Below, piece by piece: positions 29,973 to 39,872 of a stretch of DNA of 54,522 nucleotides. The DNA is from Deinococcales bacterium (GTDB lineage Bacteria > Deinococcota > Deinococci > Deinococcales > JAAFIG01), in contig JANNVX010000093.1 of assembly GCA_031414595.1 (NCBI GenBank), positions 1 through 54,522 of the forward strand, written 5' to 3'. The position numbers and the translations under genes are program-made. Each line of letters starts with the position of its first letter. The first letter of the stretch is position 1. Below the pieces are notes generated by a model. It was not told the origin of the DNA. It saw only the letters and a program-made list of their open reading frames with translations, and ran no database searches.

Positions 29973-30710
29973 ATGATTCGTAAAATTTTGGTCACAGGTG
30001 CTTCACGCGGTCTTGGTCGTTCGATTGCCTTAGAACTTGGTAAGCAAGGTCACAGCATCGCGGTACATTATGGGCGTTCACACGCCGAAGCCGAAAGCGT
30101 CGCCGAAGAAATTCGCAGCACTGGTGGTCAAGCCATGCTGGTTCAAGGGGATTTATCCAGTCTCGAGGGGGCAAAAGCTGTGGCGGCGGCTGCCATAGAA
30201 GCCCTTGGTGGCTTAGAAGTGCTGGTCAATAACGCTGGAATTACTAAGGATGGCTTGTTGATGCGGATGAAAGATGAGGACTGGGATGCAGTCATAGACA
30301 CCAACCTTTCTGCCCCGTTTGCTTTAATTCGTAGCTGTATTCGTGGGATGCTGCAAGCTAAATGGGGGCGGATTGTCAATGTCTCGAGCGTTGTTGGCTT
30401 GATGGGCAACCCCGGGCAAGCCAATTATATTGCGGCTAAGGCTGGTTTAATTGGGCTAACCAAAGCGGTTGCTAAAGAATATGGTTCTAAAGGAATTACC
30501 TGTAACGCGGTTGCTCCGGGCTTTATTGAATCAGACATGACCGAAAAATTGCCCGAAGCCCTAAAAACCAAGTACCTCGAAGGGATTCCAGCCGCCCGTT
30601 TTGGTAAACCAGAAGATGTCGCCTCAGTTATTGCCTTTTTGGTTTCGGACGGTGCAGCCTATGTCAACGGGCAAACAATAGCGGTAGATGGTGGCTTATA
30701 TGCCCATTAG
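29973..30710 (+). CDS. fabG: 3-oxoacyl-ACP reductase
   Basis: TGASRGLG, NNAGITKD, NYIAAK, VAPGFIESDMT. Confidence 0.9.
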   Translation: MIRKILVTGASRGLGRSIALELGKQGHSIAVHYGRSHAEAESVAEEIRSTGGQAMLVQGDLSSLEGAKAVAAAAIEALGGLEVLVNNAGITKDGLLMRMKDEDWDAVIDTNLSAPFALIRSCIRGMLQAKWGRIVNVSSVVGLMGNPGQANYIAAKAGLIGLTKAVAKEYGSKGITCNAVAPGFIESDMTEKLPEALKTKYLEGIPAARFGKPEDVASVIAFLVSDGAAYVNGQTIAVDGGLYAH

Positions 30711-30719
30711 ACATGGTTT

Positions 30720-33700
30720 TTAAGGTTGAATCGCAGCAAAGTATTGTTTGACAGTCCCCTCGAGTACCACAATCACAAAACCTCTGCCACGCAAAACCAA
30801 TTTTCGTTCAGGGAGGTCTTGGTGTGGCTCGAGATGCGCGGTAAACACCTGTTGTCCGCCAACCCCGTGCATAAAGGCAAGAGCGGCTTTGATGTTGGGG
30901 AGGATAAGTTGGTTTGATCTACTTGGGCTGTCGGGGTGTGGCTGCAACTGCTCGAGTAAACGCATTTCTTCGAGTAAATTGGTCATTTGGATTTTGTCAC
31001 TGATTCGTTCAGCGATTTGCAAAAGCAGCGAGGCATCTGATTCACTAAAAGCAGCCAGTTGCCTTGACTCGAGGTTAATCACCCCCAGCACTTGATTTTG
31101 ATGGGTTATCGGAACGGATAATTCGCTTTTGATTTCGCCAGACAAATGCACAAAGTCTGGGTCGGTACTGGCATCATCTATGCGGTAGATACGGTTACCT
31201 TTGACGGTTCTAACCATCACGCCGTTGCCTGTCATGGCGTGCTTAGCCATCATTTTTTCGTATCCAACCGCATATTGCAAAACCAAATAATCTTGCTCGA
31301 GTAAGTAAATACTAACCAGCGGAATACCTAGGTTTTGACTGATGCTTTCAACGATATTCTTAATCAGGTCTTGGGTGTTGGTAGCTTTGGCGGCATCGTT
31401 ACGAATTGTATCTATTAACTCGAGACGTTTGGCTTGATTGGTACTTAACTGACTGAGTTCTCGAACATTTTCTTGCTGCAAGATTTCGGCACTTAAATCA
31501 CGCAGAATTACAATTGAACCTATAAATTGATCATTTTCCATTCGCGGGTAGCCGTAGGCTTGAACAATGATGATTTCGCCGTTTTCTCGCTGGATTGGCA
31601 AGCGAAATGAGCGCTTTTGACCATTTTTAATCTTGCTACTTTCTTGACGCAGCAAATCTTGATTTTCAGCGAAAACCCATGTTTTTGAAGATTGCCCAAC
31701 TACTTTTTTAAGCGATGAACTACCAAGAATCTGCAAAGCGGCTGGATTGGCATATTCGATGATGTTTTGAGCGCTGATAAATAGTAAACCGTCAGGGATG
31801 GCTTCTGCCACCAACACGGCATTGCGGCTTTCACGTTCAAGCGCACGACGAACCTGATGTGAGGCTTTCTCGAGCGCAAGTTGCTCGGTGATGTCTTCAA
31901 TAACCGCGATTGTGCCAATCATTTCGCCGTTTGCATTGAGCCTGATGGTGCTGTGACCTTCAATCTGTAACAGATGTCCTTCTTTATGAATCATCCGAAA
32001 ACGGTAATGGATGTTTAGTCCTTGGCGCTCACGAATAGACTCCTCAAACAGCAAATGGTCGTCTGGATGAATCAAATCTTGGGCAGTTTTATCTTGTAAA
32101 TCCTCTAAGGTATACCCAAATATTTCGGTCACGGCAGGGTTGATGTATATAAATTTCATTTGGTTATTGGTAAAAACCAGAGCCGATTTAATACTTTTTG
32201 CAATTGCCAAGGCATGGTCTCGTTCTTGTTCAAGTTGTATTTTTACAGCCTCTAGTTCTTTGTTTTGTTCAATCCGTTCGGTTATATCATGGACATACAA
32301 AACCGAACCAGAAAAGCGTTTTTGCTCGTCGAGTATCGGATGAACTGTGACTTCAACTTGTCGTACCGTAGCCTGATGCGTAATCATGCTGTGTTGATAA
32401 GTACGGGTTTCACCTTTGATAATTTTTTTCCAGTGTTGCTCGAGAATAACCGCCCGTTCAGCTTCTGGAGCAAGCAATATCGCTTGTGTTCCAATCAGGT
32501 CGTCAAGCTGACACTCGACCAAATCAGCAATCACTTGATTGGCATAAATTACATCTCCGTTGGCATCTACGGTAACGATACCTTGCGAAATTGTGGATGT
32601 CACCTTTAAGGCAAATTCGCGTTCGCGTTCTAAACGCTTTTCGATCATCGCAATTTCTTCGGCATGTTCAACCTGCAAACTAATATCACGAATAAAACCA
32701 ATTCCACCACCTCGAAGCTGTCCATGTTGATCAAGTCGTGGATAACTGGTGACTTCAATTGCCACCAAACTGCCATCTGTGCGAATCGCATCATAACGAT
32801 TCACCCCAGTCCAACCTTGGTTGCGTTCAGATAACGAGGTTTTGACCCGTTCAGGATTGGTCACTAATTCAGTTGGGCTAAGTCCAATCAATTCTTCAGG
32901 TTCGTAACCCAGCATCTTGGCATAGACTGGACTAACATATTCAAAGACCCCTTGCTCGTTATTGACGGTTACACCCTGTTCGATGGTCTCGAGAACCATT
33001 TGGGCAAAGGCTTGTTGTTGGGCAAGGGCAGTTTGGGCTTGGAGTAATTTTTCTATAACTTGGCGTTTCTCGAGCATGACTTTGCTCGATTCGCTCAAAT
33101 CAAGTACAATCGCATTCGATCCAACAAAAACACCATTCTTAATAATTGGATGGACAAACACTTCGACCGTCATGCCCCTAAACTCAAAGGAAACATTAAA
33201 TTCATCACCTGCCAAAGCACTTTCGACCAGATTTTCAATGATTGGCTCGTTGGCTAAAACTTGACTGAGCGGCAAACCAAGAATCTGTCGAGCATTTTCT
33301 TCTCCCCCAAAATGCTTAATCCCTTTGCCCTCGAGTAAAGTAAGACATCCATTGGCATCTATGGCTATGGCTAAAATAGGTAAGGAATCAAGCAGTTGCT
33401 CAATCCGCTTAGAAGCCTCGAGCAAAGAGGCTTCTGATTTATTGCGCTCGAATTCAACTTGATCAAGTTGTTGTTGGGTCTGAACTTGCTGGCTAATGTC
33501 CACCGCCAGAATTTGACAACTGATGATTCTGTCTTGATTAAAAACCGGCACAATCCATATTTCATATTGTTTACTGCGCCAAGTCAGCACCCGATGCCCA
33601 GACTCACCTTGCAGTGCCAAGCGCATAATTTGCTGAATCTCGCTTTGGTCAGCAAAAACCTGAAAGACCGATAAGCCAAGTAAATCTTCTGAACCACGCG

Positions 33701-34715
33701 AAAAATTGTTAAGTAGCCTGCCTTCAACAAAAGTCAGTATTCCGCTTGCATTGGTCTGCATAAAAAGCATCGGCAAATTCTGCACCAAACTCTGAAACCG
33801 TTCGATGGTCGTGGCTCGAGCAGGTTCTGCCGATAAACCACTAAACTCGATTATGGCTGTCACTTCACCCGCTAAATTGCGAATAGCTTGTAAACTCGAC
33901 CGCACTTGAACCCGAAAGCCACTTTGATGAAGCCGTGTCACTAACCTTGGCGCTAGATTTTTTTGAGTCAACTCAACCATAAGCTGCATAAACGAGGCTT
34001 GATCACTGGCTGGGATAATCGCTGTAATCTTGTGACCAAGCATGTTTTCAGCCTTAAAACCGTAGGTGTCACAAGCCCCAGTGTTCCATCTTAAAATTGT
34101 GCCTTGCAAGTCAAACACCACCACACTTTCTTTGGCTTGCATGATTGCTTGATCGAGCGATAAACCATCTACAAAGACCGTGGGGGAAGGTTGAATACTA
34201 GACCTTTGTAGCTTCAAAGCGGCATTGATCCCATCCATGGTTAAATTGGCAATTCCACCAAGGATTTCAAGTTGTGATGATTCGAGATGATGTTCAACCC
34301 GATCTAAAATCATTAGCGAACCCATCACATGTCCACTCTGTGACCATAGTGGCAAACTGACCACAAAACAACAATTATCTATTCCCAAAAAAGCCTGAAT
34401 CGGTGTTAGCACCTCAATTTGGCTCGAGAACATCGCTTCGGCTGGGGCAAACCACGTAAAATCCTTGGGAAGGCTGCGAGCAAGTTGATCTGCTCCCAAG
34501 CCATGAGTGGCAATCAATCGGACACTATTGCTCGAGACCCAACAAACCGCTGCTATTGGCGCAGCCATGGTTTTAGCGGACAATTGGCACAACTGGCTTA
34601 AAGTTTCATTTGCCAATTGTCGAACTGGACTGTATTCACCCAAAATATCGGCATTAAATGAAGGTTGCAGCGCCATATTGGGCTTACCTATGTTCAGTCG
34701 AATTCGTTCATTCAT
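30720..34715 (-). CDS. GAF-(PAS)x7-GAF sensory protein without recognisable output domain
   Basis: Repeated PAS motifs (YVSP..LGY, YANQ, YINP..FGY, YANP); GAF SELSVPI..VLGVINLES. Confidence 0.8.
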   Translation of the reverse strand: MNERIRLNIGKPNMALQPSFNADILGEYSPVRQLANETLSQLCQLSAKTMAAPIAAVCWVSSNSVRLIATHGLGADQLARSLPKDFTWFAPAEAMFSSQIEVLTPIQAFLGIDNCCFVVSLPLWSQSGHVMGSLMILDRVEHHLESSQLEILGGIANLTMDGINAALKLQRSSIQPSPTVFVDGLSLDQAIMQAKESVVVFDLQGTILRWNTGACDTYGFKAENMLGHKITAIIPASDQASFMQLMVELTQKNLAPRLVTRLHQSGFRVQVRSSLQAIRNLAGEVTAIIEFSGLSAEPARATTIERFQSLVQNLPMLFMQTNASGILTFVEGRLLNNFSRGSEDLLGLSVFQVFADQSEIQQIMRLALQGESGHRVLTWRSKQYEIWIVPVFNQDRIISCQILAVDISQQVQTQQQLDQVEFERNKSEASLLEASKRIEQLLDSLPILAIAIDANGCLTLLEGKGIKHFGGEENARQILGLPLSQVLANEPIIENLVESALAGDEFNVSFEFRGMTVEVFVHPIIKNGVFVGSNAIVLDLSESSKVMLEKRQVIEKLLQAQTALAQQQAFAQMVLETIEQGVTVNNEQGVFEYVSPVYAKMLGYEPEELIGLSPTELVTNPERVKTSLSERNQGWTGVNRYDAIRTDGSLVAIEVTSYPRLDQHGQLRGGGIGFIRDISLQVEHAEEIAMIEKRLEREREFALKVTSTISQGIVTVDANGDVIYANQVIADLVECQLDDLIGTQAILLAPEAERAVILEQHWKKIIKGETRTYQHSMITHQATVRQVEVTVHPILDEQKRFSGSVLYVHDITERIEQNKELEAVKIQLEQERDHALAIAKSIKSALVFTNNQMKFIYINPAVTEIFGYTLEDLQDKTAQDLIHPDDHLLFEESIRERQGLNIHYRFRMIHKEGHLLQIEGHSTIRLNANGEMIGTIAVIEDITEQLALEKASHQVRRALERESRNAVLVAEAIPDGLLFISAQNIIEYANPAALQILGSSSLKKVVGQSSKTWVFAENQDLLRQESSKIKNGQKRSFRLPIQRENGEIIIVQAYGYPRMENDQFIGSIVILRDLSAEILQQENVRELSQLSTNQAKRLELIDTIRNDAAKATNTQDLIKNIVESISQNLGIPLVSIYLLEQDYLVLQYAVGYEKMMAKHAMTGNGVMVRTVKGNRIYRIDDASTDPDFVHLSGEIKSELSVPITHQNQVLGVINLESRQLAAFSESDASLLLQIAERISDKIQMTNLLEEMRLLEQLQPHPDSPSRSNQLILPNIKAALAFMHGVGGQQVFTAHLEPHQDLPERKLVLRGRGFVIVVLEGTVKQYFAAIQP

Positions 34716-34898
34716 GATTTCCTATTGGTCTATGCTTCATATTAATTCAAATCAATGCCTACAAAAAACTGACAAGGCTTACAAACTTCTTTCTTTTAAC
34801 TTGTGAAAGTATAGTCCCGTGAGTCTTAAAAAGAACCATCCCACAGTATGGGAAGAATTTCTAATTTTTAGAAACGCAGTTCTGATAGGCTAGAGCCT

Positions 34899-35666
34899 AT
34901 GAATGAAACTTCAACCCCCACCAAAACCCGTAACCCTTGGGGCATTGCCATTGTGATGCTGCTGGTTGGGTTTCTAGCGGGCTTATTGGCAGCCCCACGC
35001 TCCGTAACCCCAGTCATCGCCAATATCCCCACCTCGAGTACCCTAGCCAGTAAAGCCCCAATCGTTCTGACTTTAGAGCAGAATGGACAAAAAAGCCAAA
35101 TTGTTGGCAATCCGCTCCTTGCCGATGCCAGCAGTGGCGCAACCTATATTCTTGGTGAAGCCAATGCCAAAATCACAATGATTGAATTTGGCGATTATCG
35201 CTGTGGCTATTGTCGGCTATTTAGCACCCAGACTTTTCCAAAAATCCTAGAACAATATGTTAAAACTGGTAAAATTCGATATATTTACCGCGATACTGTC
35301 AGTGTTGGCGGCGACCAAACCGTAACTGTCTCGAGTGTTTCAGCTTGTGCCAACGAACAAGGCAAATTCTGGGATTTTCACCAAATGGCACATGCCAATG
35401 TCGAAACTTGGGGCAATTTCAACGGCGCAGAGTTAATCAGCACCTTAACGCAAATGAGCAGCACTCAACTTGGCATCAAAGCCAATGAACTAAATAGCTG
35501 TGTCTCGAGCAACCGTTATGCCACACGCCTCACCACCGACATTGAACTCTCGAGACGCTTTGGGGTAACTGGCACACCAGCTTTTGTGATCAATGGATAT
35601 TTTTTTAGTGGCGCATTGCCGTTTGAAGTCTATCAAAAGATTTTTGAATCCTTTGGCGTGGTCTAA
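34899..35666 (+). CDS. DsbA family thioredoxin-fold protein
   Basis: EFGDYRCGYC, GVTGTPAFVING; N-terminal anchor. Confidence 0.9.
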   Translation: MNETSTPTKTRNPWGIAIVMLLVGFLAGLLAAPRSVTPVIANIPTSSTLASKAPIVLTLEQNGQKSQIVGNPLLADASSGATYILGEANAKITMIEFGDYRCGYCRLFSTQTFPKILEQYVKTGKIRYIYRDTVSVGGDQTVTVSSVSACANEQGKFWDFHQMAHANVETWGNFNGAELISTLTQMSSTQLGIKANELNSCVSSNRYATRLTTDIELSRRFGVTGTPAFVINGYFFSGALPFEVYQKIFESFGVV

Positions 35667-35699
35667 AACGTCCTGCCACCAAAAGCATAAAATAATTCC

Positions 35700-36074
35700 A
35701 TGAACACCACTTGGATTATCCTAAGTTCAGCCGTTGGCATCGGCTTTGGCTATGCGACTTTTGGGGTGCTGTCGTTGCTTGGTTTGGGCTGGCAACTGTG
35801 GTGGCTCGAGCCTCTGACTGCCCTAGCTGTGGGTGTGTTTTGTTTTATGCTTTGCCAAAACATTGCCCAAAGTCAAAACCAGGCCCCAATTACGACTCGA
35901 GGCGAACGCGCGATTTGGCGCTTGGCATACCGCAAAGGCTGGGAACTCAGTTTAGAGCAAATTCTAACCGAAACGATGCTCTCTGAAAGTGCTGCTCGAG
36001 CCGCCCTAGGTCAACTCGAACAGAGCGGGCAAGCAATAATGACTACGCCCAACACATGGCGCTTATTAGCCTGA
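35700..36074 (+). CDS. Membrane protein with possible C-terminal winged helix
   Basis: Two TM segments then a helix-turn-helix-like tail. Confidence 0.55.
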   Translation: MNTTWIILSSAVGIGFGYATFGVLSLLGLGWQLWWLEPLTALAVGVFCFMLCQNIAQSQNQAPITTRGERAIWRLAYRKGWELSLEQILTETMLSESAARAALGQLEQSGQAIMTTPNTWRLLA

Positions 36075-36094
36075 CGGCGCTCAGTAATAAAATG

Positions 36095-36125
36095 AGTCTC
36101 GAGACTTAATGCCTCGAGACTTTTG
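36095..36125. terminator. Bidirectional terminator ending the r-protein operon
   Basis: AGTCTCGAGAC-ttaat-GCCTCGAGACT-TTTT between convergent genes. Confidence 0.7.
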
Positions 36126-36135
36126 GTTTAACTTT

Positions 36136-36507
36136 TTACGCGGCTGGAACTTCGTAGGTCACAAGTTCAATCAGTGCCAACGGCGCGTTATCGCCTCGGC
36201 GTGTGCCGGTTTTGAGGATACGGGTGTATCCACCAGGACGGTTAGCAAACAGTGGTGCGATTTCTTCAAAAAGTTTTTTCAGCACGGCTTTATCTTTAAT
36301 ATCAGCACTGACAATACGGCGGTTGTGAAGTGTGCCACCTTTGGCAGTGGTAATCAGGCTTTCGACATAAGGACGAAGCTCCTTGGCTTTAGCAAGGGTT
36401 GTCTCAATCCGTCCGTGACGAAAAAGGGCAGTGGCTTGGGCGGTACTAAGGGCGCGACGGTGGCTCGAGGAGCGTCCTAATCGTCGTCCTGCTACAAGGT
36501 GTCTCAT
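36136..36507 (-). CDS. rplQ: 50S ribosomal protein L17
   Basis: [22 protein letters not shown]. Confidence 0.97.
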   Translation of the reverse strand: MRHLVAGRRLGRSSSHRRALSTAQATALFRHGRIETTLAKAKELRPYVESLITTAKGGTLHNRRIVSADIKDKAVLKKLFEEIAPLFANRPGGYTRILKTGTRRGDNAPLALIELVTYEVPAA

Positions 36508-36587
36508 GGTGTTGCTCCTGTCCTCTTTGAGTGCCGTTTGAGTGGCTGAGGGTGAATGGTCGCACTAAAAAAGCACGTTGGGGAGTC

Positions 36588-37577
36588 TTATGGTTTAAGC
36601 TCGAGTCCGCTCATGGCAAGTTGCTTCTTGATTTCATCAAGGCTTCGTTCGCCAATGCCCGGAACTTTTTTCAAGTCTTTTTCGGATAAGCTGGTCAAGG
36701 CAGCTACACTATCCACACCTTCTTCTTTGAGGCTGTGAAGCGTGCGGGTGGTTAAGCCTAAACCCTCCAAGGTCATGCCGTTGTCGTTGCCTGTGGCTTC
36801 AACCACAACTTTGGTAATCAGTTTTTCGCGTGGGGCTGGCGACTCAGATTGAATCACTGCCTTTGGAATTTCCATCACTGGACGCACTGGAACAATTGGA
36901 GCGCTAAGTTTTTCGGCTGATGAAAAAACATCAAGTTGAGCGCGAAGTAAATTCACCGATTGCTCGAGGGCATGGTCTGGAGTGATGCTGCCATCTGTCC
37001 AAATTCGTAAAATCAAGCGGTCAAGGTCGGTTTGTTGTCCAACGCGGGTGTCTTCGACATGGTACGCCACCCTCGAGACTGGGGTGTAAACAGCGTCTAC
37101 GGGCATACTGTTGATGCGGTCTTTGGTGTTGTGGCGTTCTGATGGCACATAACCAACGCCTTCTTCGACACGAATCTCCATAACCAATTTGCCGCCTTTT
37201 CCAAGGGTGCAAATATACTGGTCTGGATTAACAATTTCAGCATCAGATGGCACATCCAAGTCCTTGGCAAAAATTTGCTTCGGACCTTCGGCACGAATCG
37301 AAATGGTTTTCGGTCCGCCAGAGTGGAATTTTACAACCAATTGCTTTAGGTTAAGAATAATATGGATAACATCTTCAGTTACGCCATTGATGGTGCTAAA
37401 CTCGTGCAGTACATCCTCAATGTAAACACTGGTGACGGCTGTGCCGGGAATGCTCGAAAGCAAAATGCGGCGCAGAGGGTTGCCAATGGTCACACCATAA
37501 CCACGTTGCAGTGGCTCGAGGACAAATTCGCCGTAGTTGTCGGTGGTTTTTGCGGTGAGGCGGGGTTTAAATTCCAC
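36588..37577 (-). CDS. rpoA: RNA polymerase alpha subunit
   Basis: EPLQRGYGVTIGNPLRRILLSS; GTG start after GGAGG. Confidence 0.97.
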   Translation of the reverse strand: MEFKPRLTAKTTDNYGEFVLEPLQRGYGVTIGNPLRRILLSSIPGTAVTSVYIEDVLHEFSTINGVTEDVIHIILNLKQLVVKFHSGGPKTISIRAEGPKQIFAKDLDVPSDAEIVNPDQYICTLGKGGKLVMEIRVEEGVGYVPSERHNTKDRINSMPVDAVYTPVSRVAYHVEDTRVGQQTDLDRLILRIWTDGSITPDHALEQSVNLLRAQLDVFSSAEKLSAPIVPVRPVMEIPKAVIQSESPAPREKLITKVVVEATGNDNGMTLEGLGLTTRTLHSLKEEGVDSVAALTSLSEKDLKKVPGIGERSLDEIKKQLAMSGLELKP

Positions 37578-37670
37578 AGTGCCTCCATGTGATTTCTCGA
37601 GGAACATTGTCAGTGTAAAATAGGTGCGCGGGGCTTGCACCTCGAGAATCATTGGGTTGTGAGAGGGCGG

Positions 37671-37718
37671 ATTAGCTACTGGCTACTGGCTTCTAGTTAA
37701 CAACCAGAAGCTAGAGGC
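37671..37718. repeat. Heptamer (CTAGCTT-like) inverted tandem repeat
   Basis: agctact ggctact ggcttct agtt ... ccagaag ctagagg ct. Confidence 0.6.
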
Positions 37719-38336
37719 TTATCTACTGTAATACTCAACCACGAATTGTTCGTTGACTGGAATCACAACATCTTCTCGAGCCGGCAAACGATCAAATTTA
37801 CCCTCGAGCTTATCGGCATCAAACGAAACCCAGTTTGGGGTGCGACGACGCTTAGAGGCTTCAGCATTTTCCTTAAAGAAGGTTAGGGTTTTGCTGGCTT
37901 CCTTGACGGTGATTGAGTCGCCTGGTTTAACACGGTAACTTGGAATGGTCACGCGCTTACCATTGACCCTAATGTGGTCATGCCCAACAAATTGACGTGA
38001 CTGACGACGGGTGGTGGCAATACCCATACGGTAGACAACATTATCAAGCCGACTCTCGAGCAGTTGAATAAAAATTGTACCCGTTACACCAACGCGGTTA
38101 GCAGCTTCGCCGAACAAGTTACGAAATGGCTTTTCGGACATTCCGTAAATACGAATCAGCTTTTGCTTTTCGCGTAAACGGACGCTAAAGTCACTTGGGC
38201 GACCCTTGCGGCGTTGACCGTGTTGACCGGGGGCGTATTCACGCCGAGCGAGGTATTTTGCGACCTTATCGGAATCAAAAAGATTGACTCCTTCACGGCG
38301 GCATAATTTAATTGCGGGTCCAGTATAACGAGCCAT
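37719..38336 (-). CDS. rpsD: 30S ribosomal protein S4
   Basis: [24 protein letters not shown]. Confidence 0.97.
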   Translation of the reverse strand: MARYTGPAIKLCRREGVNLFDSDKVAKYLARREYAPGQHGQRRKGRPSDFSVRLREKQKLIRIYGMSEKPFRNLFGEAANRVGVTGTIFIQLLESRLDNVVYRMGIATTRRQSRQFVGHDHIRVNGKRVTIPSYRVKPGDSITVKEASKTLTFFKENAEASKRRRTPNWVSFDADKLEGKFDRLPAREDVVIPVNEQFVVEYYSR

Positions 38337-38728
38337 TACAACCTCATCTTCTTACGCGCACGGCAACCGTTATGCGGTACCGGAGTATCATCCATGATCG
38401 AACGGACATCGAGACCACTGGCTTGAATGGCACGAATGGCTTGTTCGCGTCCCGAGCCAGTACCACGCACAACCACATCAACAATGGTCATGCCCATGCC
38501 TTGGGCTTTCTTGGCAGCGTCGGCGGCGGCAAGTTGGGCAGCATAAGGTGTGCCTTTTTTGCTGCCTTTATAACCGATAGTACCGCCGCTACTCCAAGCC
38601 ACAGGGTTGCCAGCGCTATCGGCAATGGTGACAATGGTGTTGTTGTACGAAGCGTTAATGTACGCCTTGCCGCTTGGTATATTGCGGCGTTTGGCTTTTG
38701 GAGCCTTTCCTTTAGCAGGTTTCGCCAT
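38336..38728 (-). CDS. rpsK: 30S ribosomal protein S11
   Basis: [24 protein letters not shown]. Confidence 0.97.
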   Translation of the reverse strand: MAKPAKGKAPKAKRRNIPSGKAYINASYNNTIVTIADSAGNPVAWSSGGTIGYKGSKKGTPYAAQLAAADAAKKAQGMGMTIVDVVVRGTGSGREQAIRAIQASGLDVRSIMDDTPVPHNGCRARKKMRL

Positions 38729-38730
38729 GA

Positions 38731-39111
38731 TTACTTCCTCGCGGCTTTCTTCTTACCGGCAACGGTCTTACGAGGACCTTTGCGGGTACGAGCGTTGGTT
38801 TTGCTTCGTTGACCACGAACCGGTAAGGATTTACGGTGACGTAAGCCACGGTAGCTTCCAATGTCCATCAGTCGCTTGATGTTCTGACCAATTTCTGAAC
38901 GCAAATCGCCTTCGATTTTGAAGTTTTTCTCGACAAAATCACGTAACTTGGTTTGTTCAGCTTCGGTCAAAGCCTTAACCCTTGTATCTGGGCTGATACC
39001 TGTTGCCTTAAGCACTTCTTGGCTGCGGGTTAGCCCGATACCAAAAATGTAGGTCAAAGCAATTTCGACACGCTTTTCGCGTGGTAAATCCACACCACTA
39101 ATACGCGCCAT
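38731..39111 (-). CDS. rpsM: 30S ribosomal protein S13
   Basis: [27 protein letters not shown]. Confidence 0.97.
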   Translation of the reverse strand: MARISGVDLPREKRVEIALTYIFGIGLTRSQEVLKATGISPDTRVKALTEAEQTKLRDFVEKNFKIEGDLRSEIGQNIKRLMDIGSYRGLRHRKSLPVRGQRSKTNARTRKGPRKTVAGKKKAARK

Positions 39112-39113
39112 GC

Positions 39114-39227
39114 TTAACCCTGCCTCTGCTTATGATTGGGGTCTTTGCAGATCACAAAAACCACCCCATGTCGGCGAACAACTTTGCAGCTATCGCACAT
39201 TTTCTTAACACTTGCTCTGACTTTCAC
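39114..39227 (-). CDS. rpmJ: 50S ribosomal protein L36 (Zn-binding type; not in ORF track)
   Basis: Manual translation [44 protein letters not shown]. Confidence 0.95.
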   Translation of the reverse strand: MKVRASVKKMCDSCKVVRRHGVVFVICKDPNHKQRQG

Positions 39228-39349
39228 GATTTTCCTCCTCGCGCCGCCGTTGTATTAGGTCTTTCGACCTTAGCAGCGCTCGACAGCCGTACAGCACTGT
39301 CTATTTGGACTAATTTGGGGGTAACAATTCCTGCTGAGTAAAATAAATT

Positions 39350-39610
39350 CTAAGTTTCGTAATGCCCATGACAACTAATAATTGTTAAATCGAGTTCGCT
39401 CCAACGATAAACCAAACGGTGTTCTTCGGTAATTCGCCTAGACCAAAAACCTGCAAATTGATGACGTAACGGTTCTGGTTTGCCCGTACCAGTAAACGGT
39501 GTTCTCGCACTTTCCTTGATAAGTTTGTTAATTTTAAGCCATACTTTACGATCAAACTCACCCCACGCCACGTATTGCTCCCACGCAGATTCAATAAATA
39601 TAATTTTCAC
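39350..39610 (-). CDS. yoeB: Txe/YoeB family toxin
   Basis: PFTGTGKPEPLRH..GFWSRRITEEHRLVY..SCHGHY. Confidence 0.93.
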   Translation of the reverse strand: MKIIFIESAWEQYVAWGEFDRKVWLKINKLIKESARTPFTGTGKPEPLRHQFAGFWSRRITEEHRLVYRWSELDLTIISCHGHYET

Positions 39611-39861
39611 AGTTCAGCAAGTTCCTTGGTGATAACTTTGCCATGTTTCAATTCTTCTAAAGCTTTATACATCTGGACAGCAGTACGCGGGTCAGAAAGC
39701 AAAAATTCGGTTTCTCTCATCGAACGAAATTCGGCATAAGAGATAATAATAGCTTGGTCTCCATCATTAGTCGTTAAAATTATCTGCCCTGCATCTTCAA
39801 CCACAGAACGAACCAAATCCTCGAGATTTTCTTTGGCTTCACGAACTGTAACTGCAACCAT
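39607..39861 (-). CDS. yefM: Phd/YefM family antitoxin
   Basis: VTVREAKENLEDLV..SMRETEFLLSDP; GTGA overlap with toxin. Confidence 0.88.
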   Translation of the reverse strand: MVAVTVREAKENLEDLVRSVVEDAGQIILTTNDGDQAIIISYAEFRSMRETEFLLSDPRTAVQMYKALEELKHGKVITKELAEL

Positions 39862-39872
39862 GACTGACTCCT

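Noticed and set aside
37578-37652. N-terminal extension of RpoA in the ORF track
   Set aside because: GGAGG SD supports the GTG at 37577
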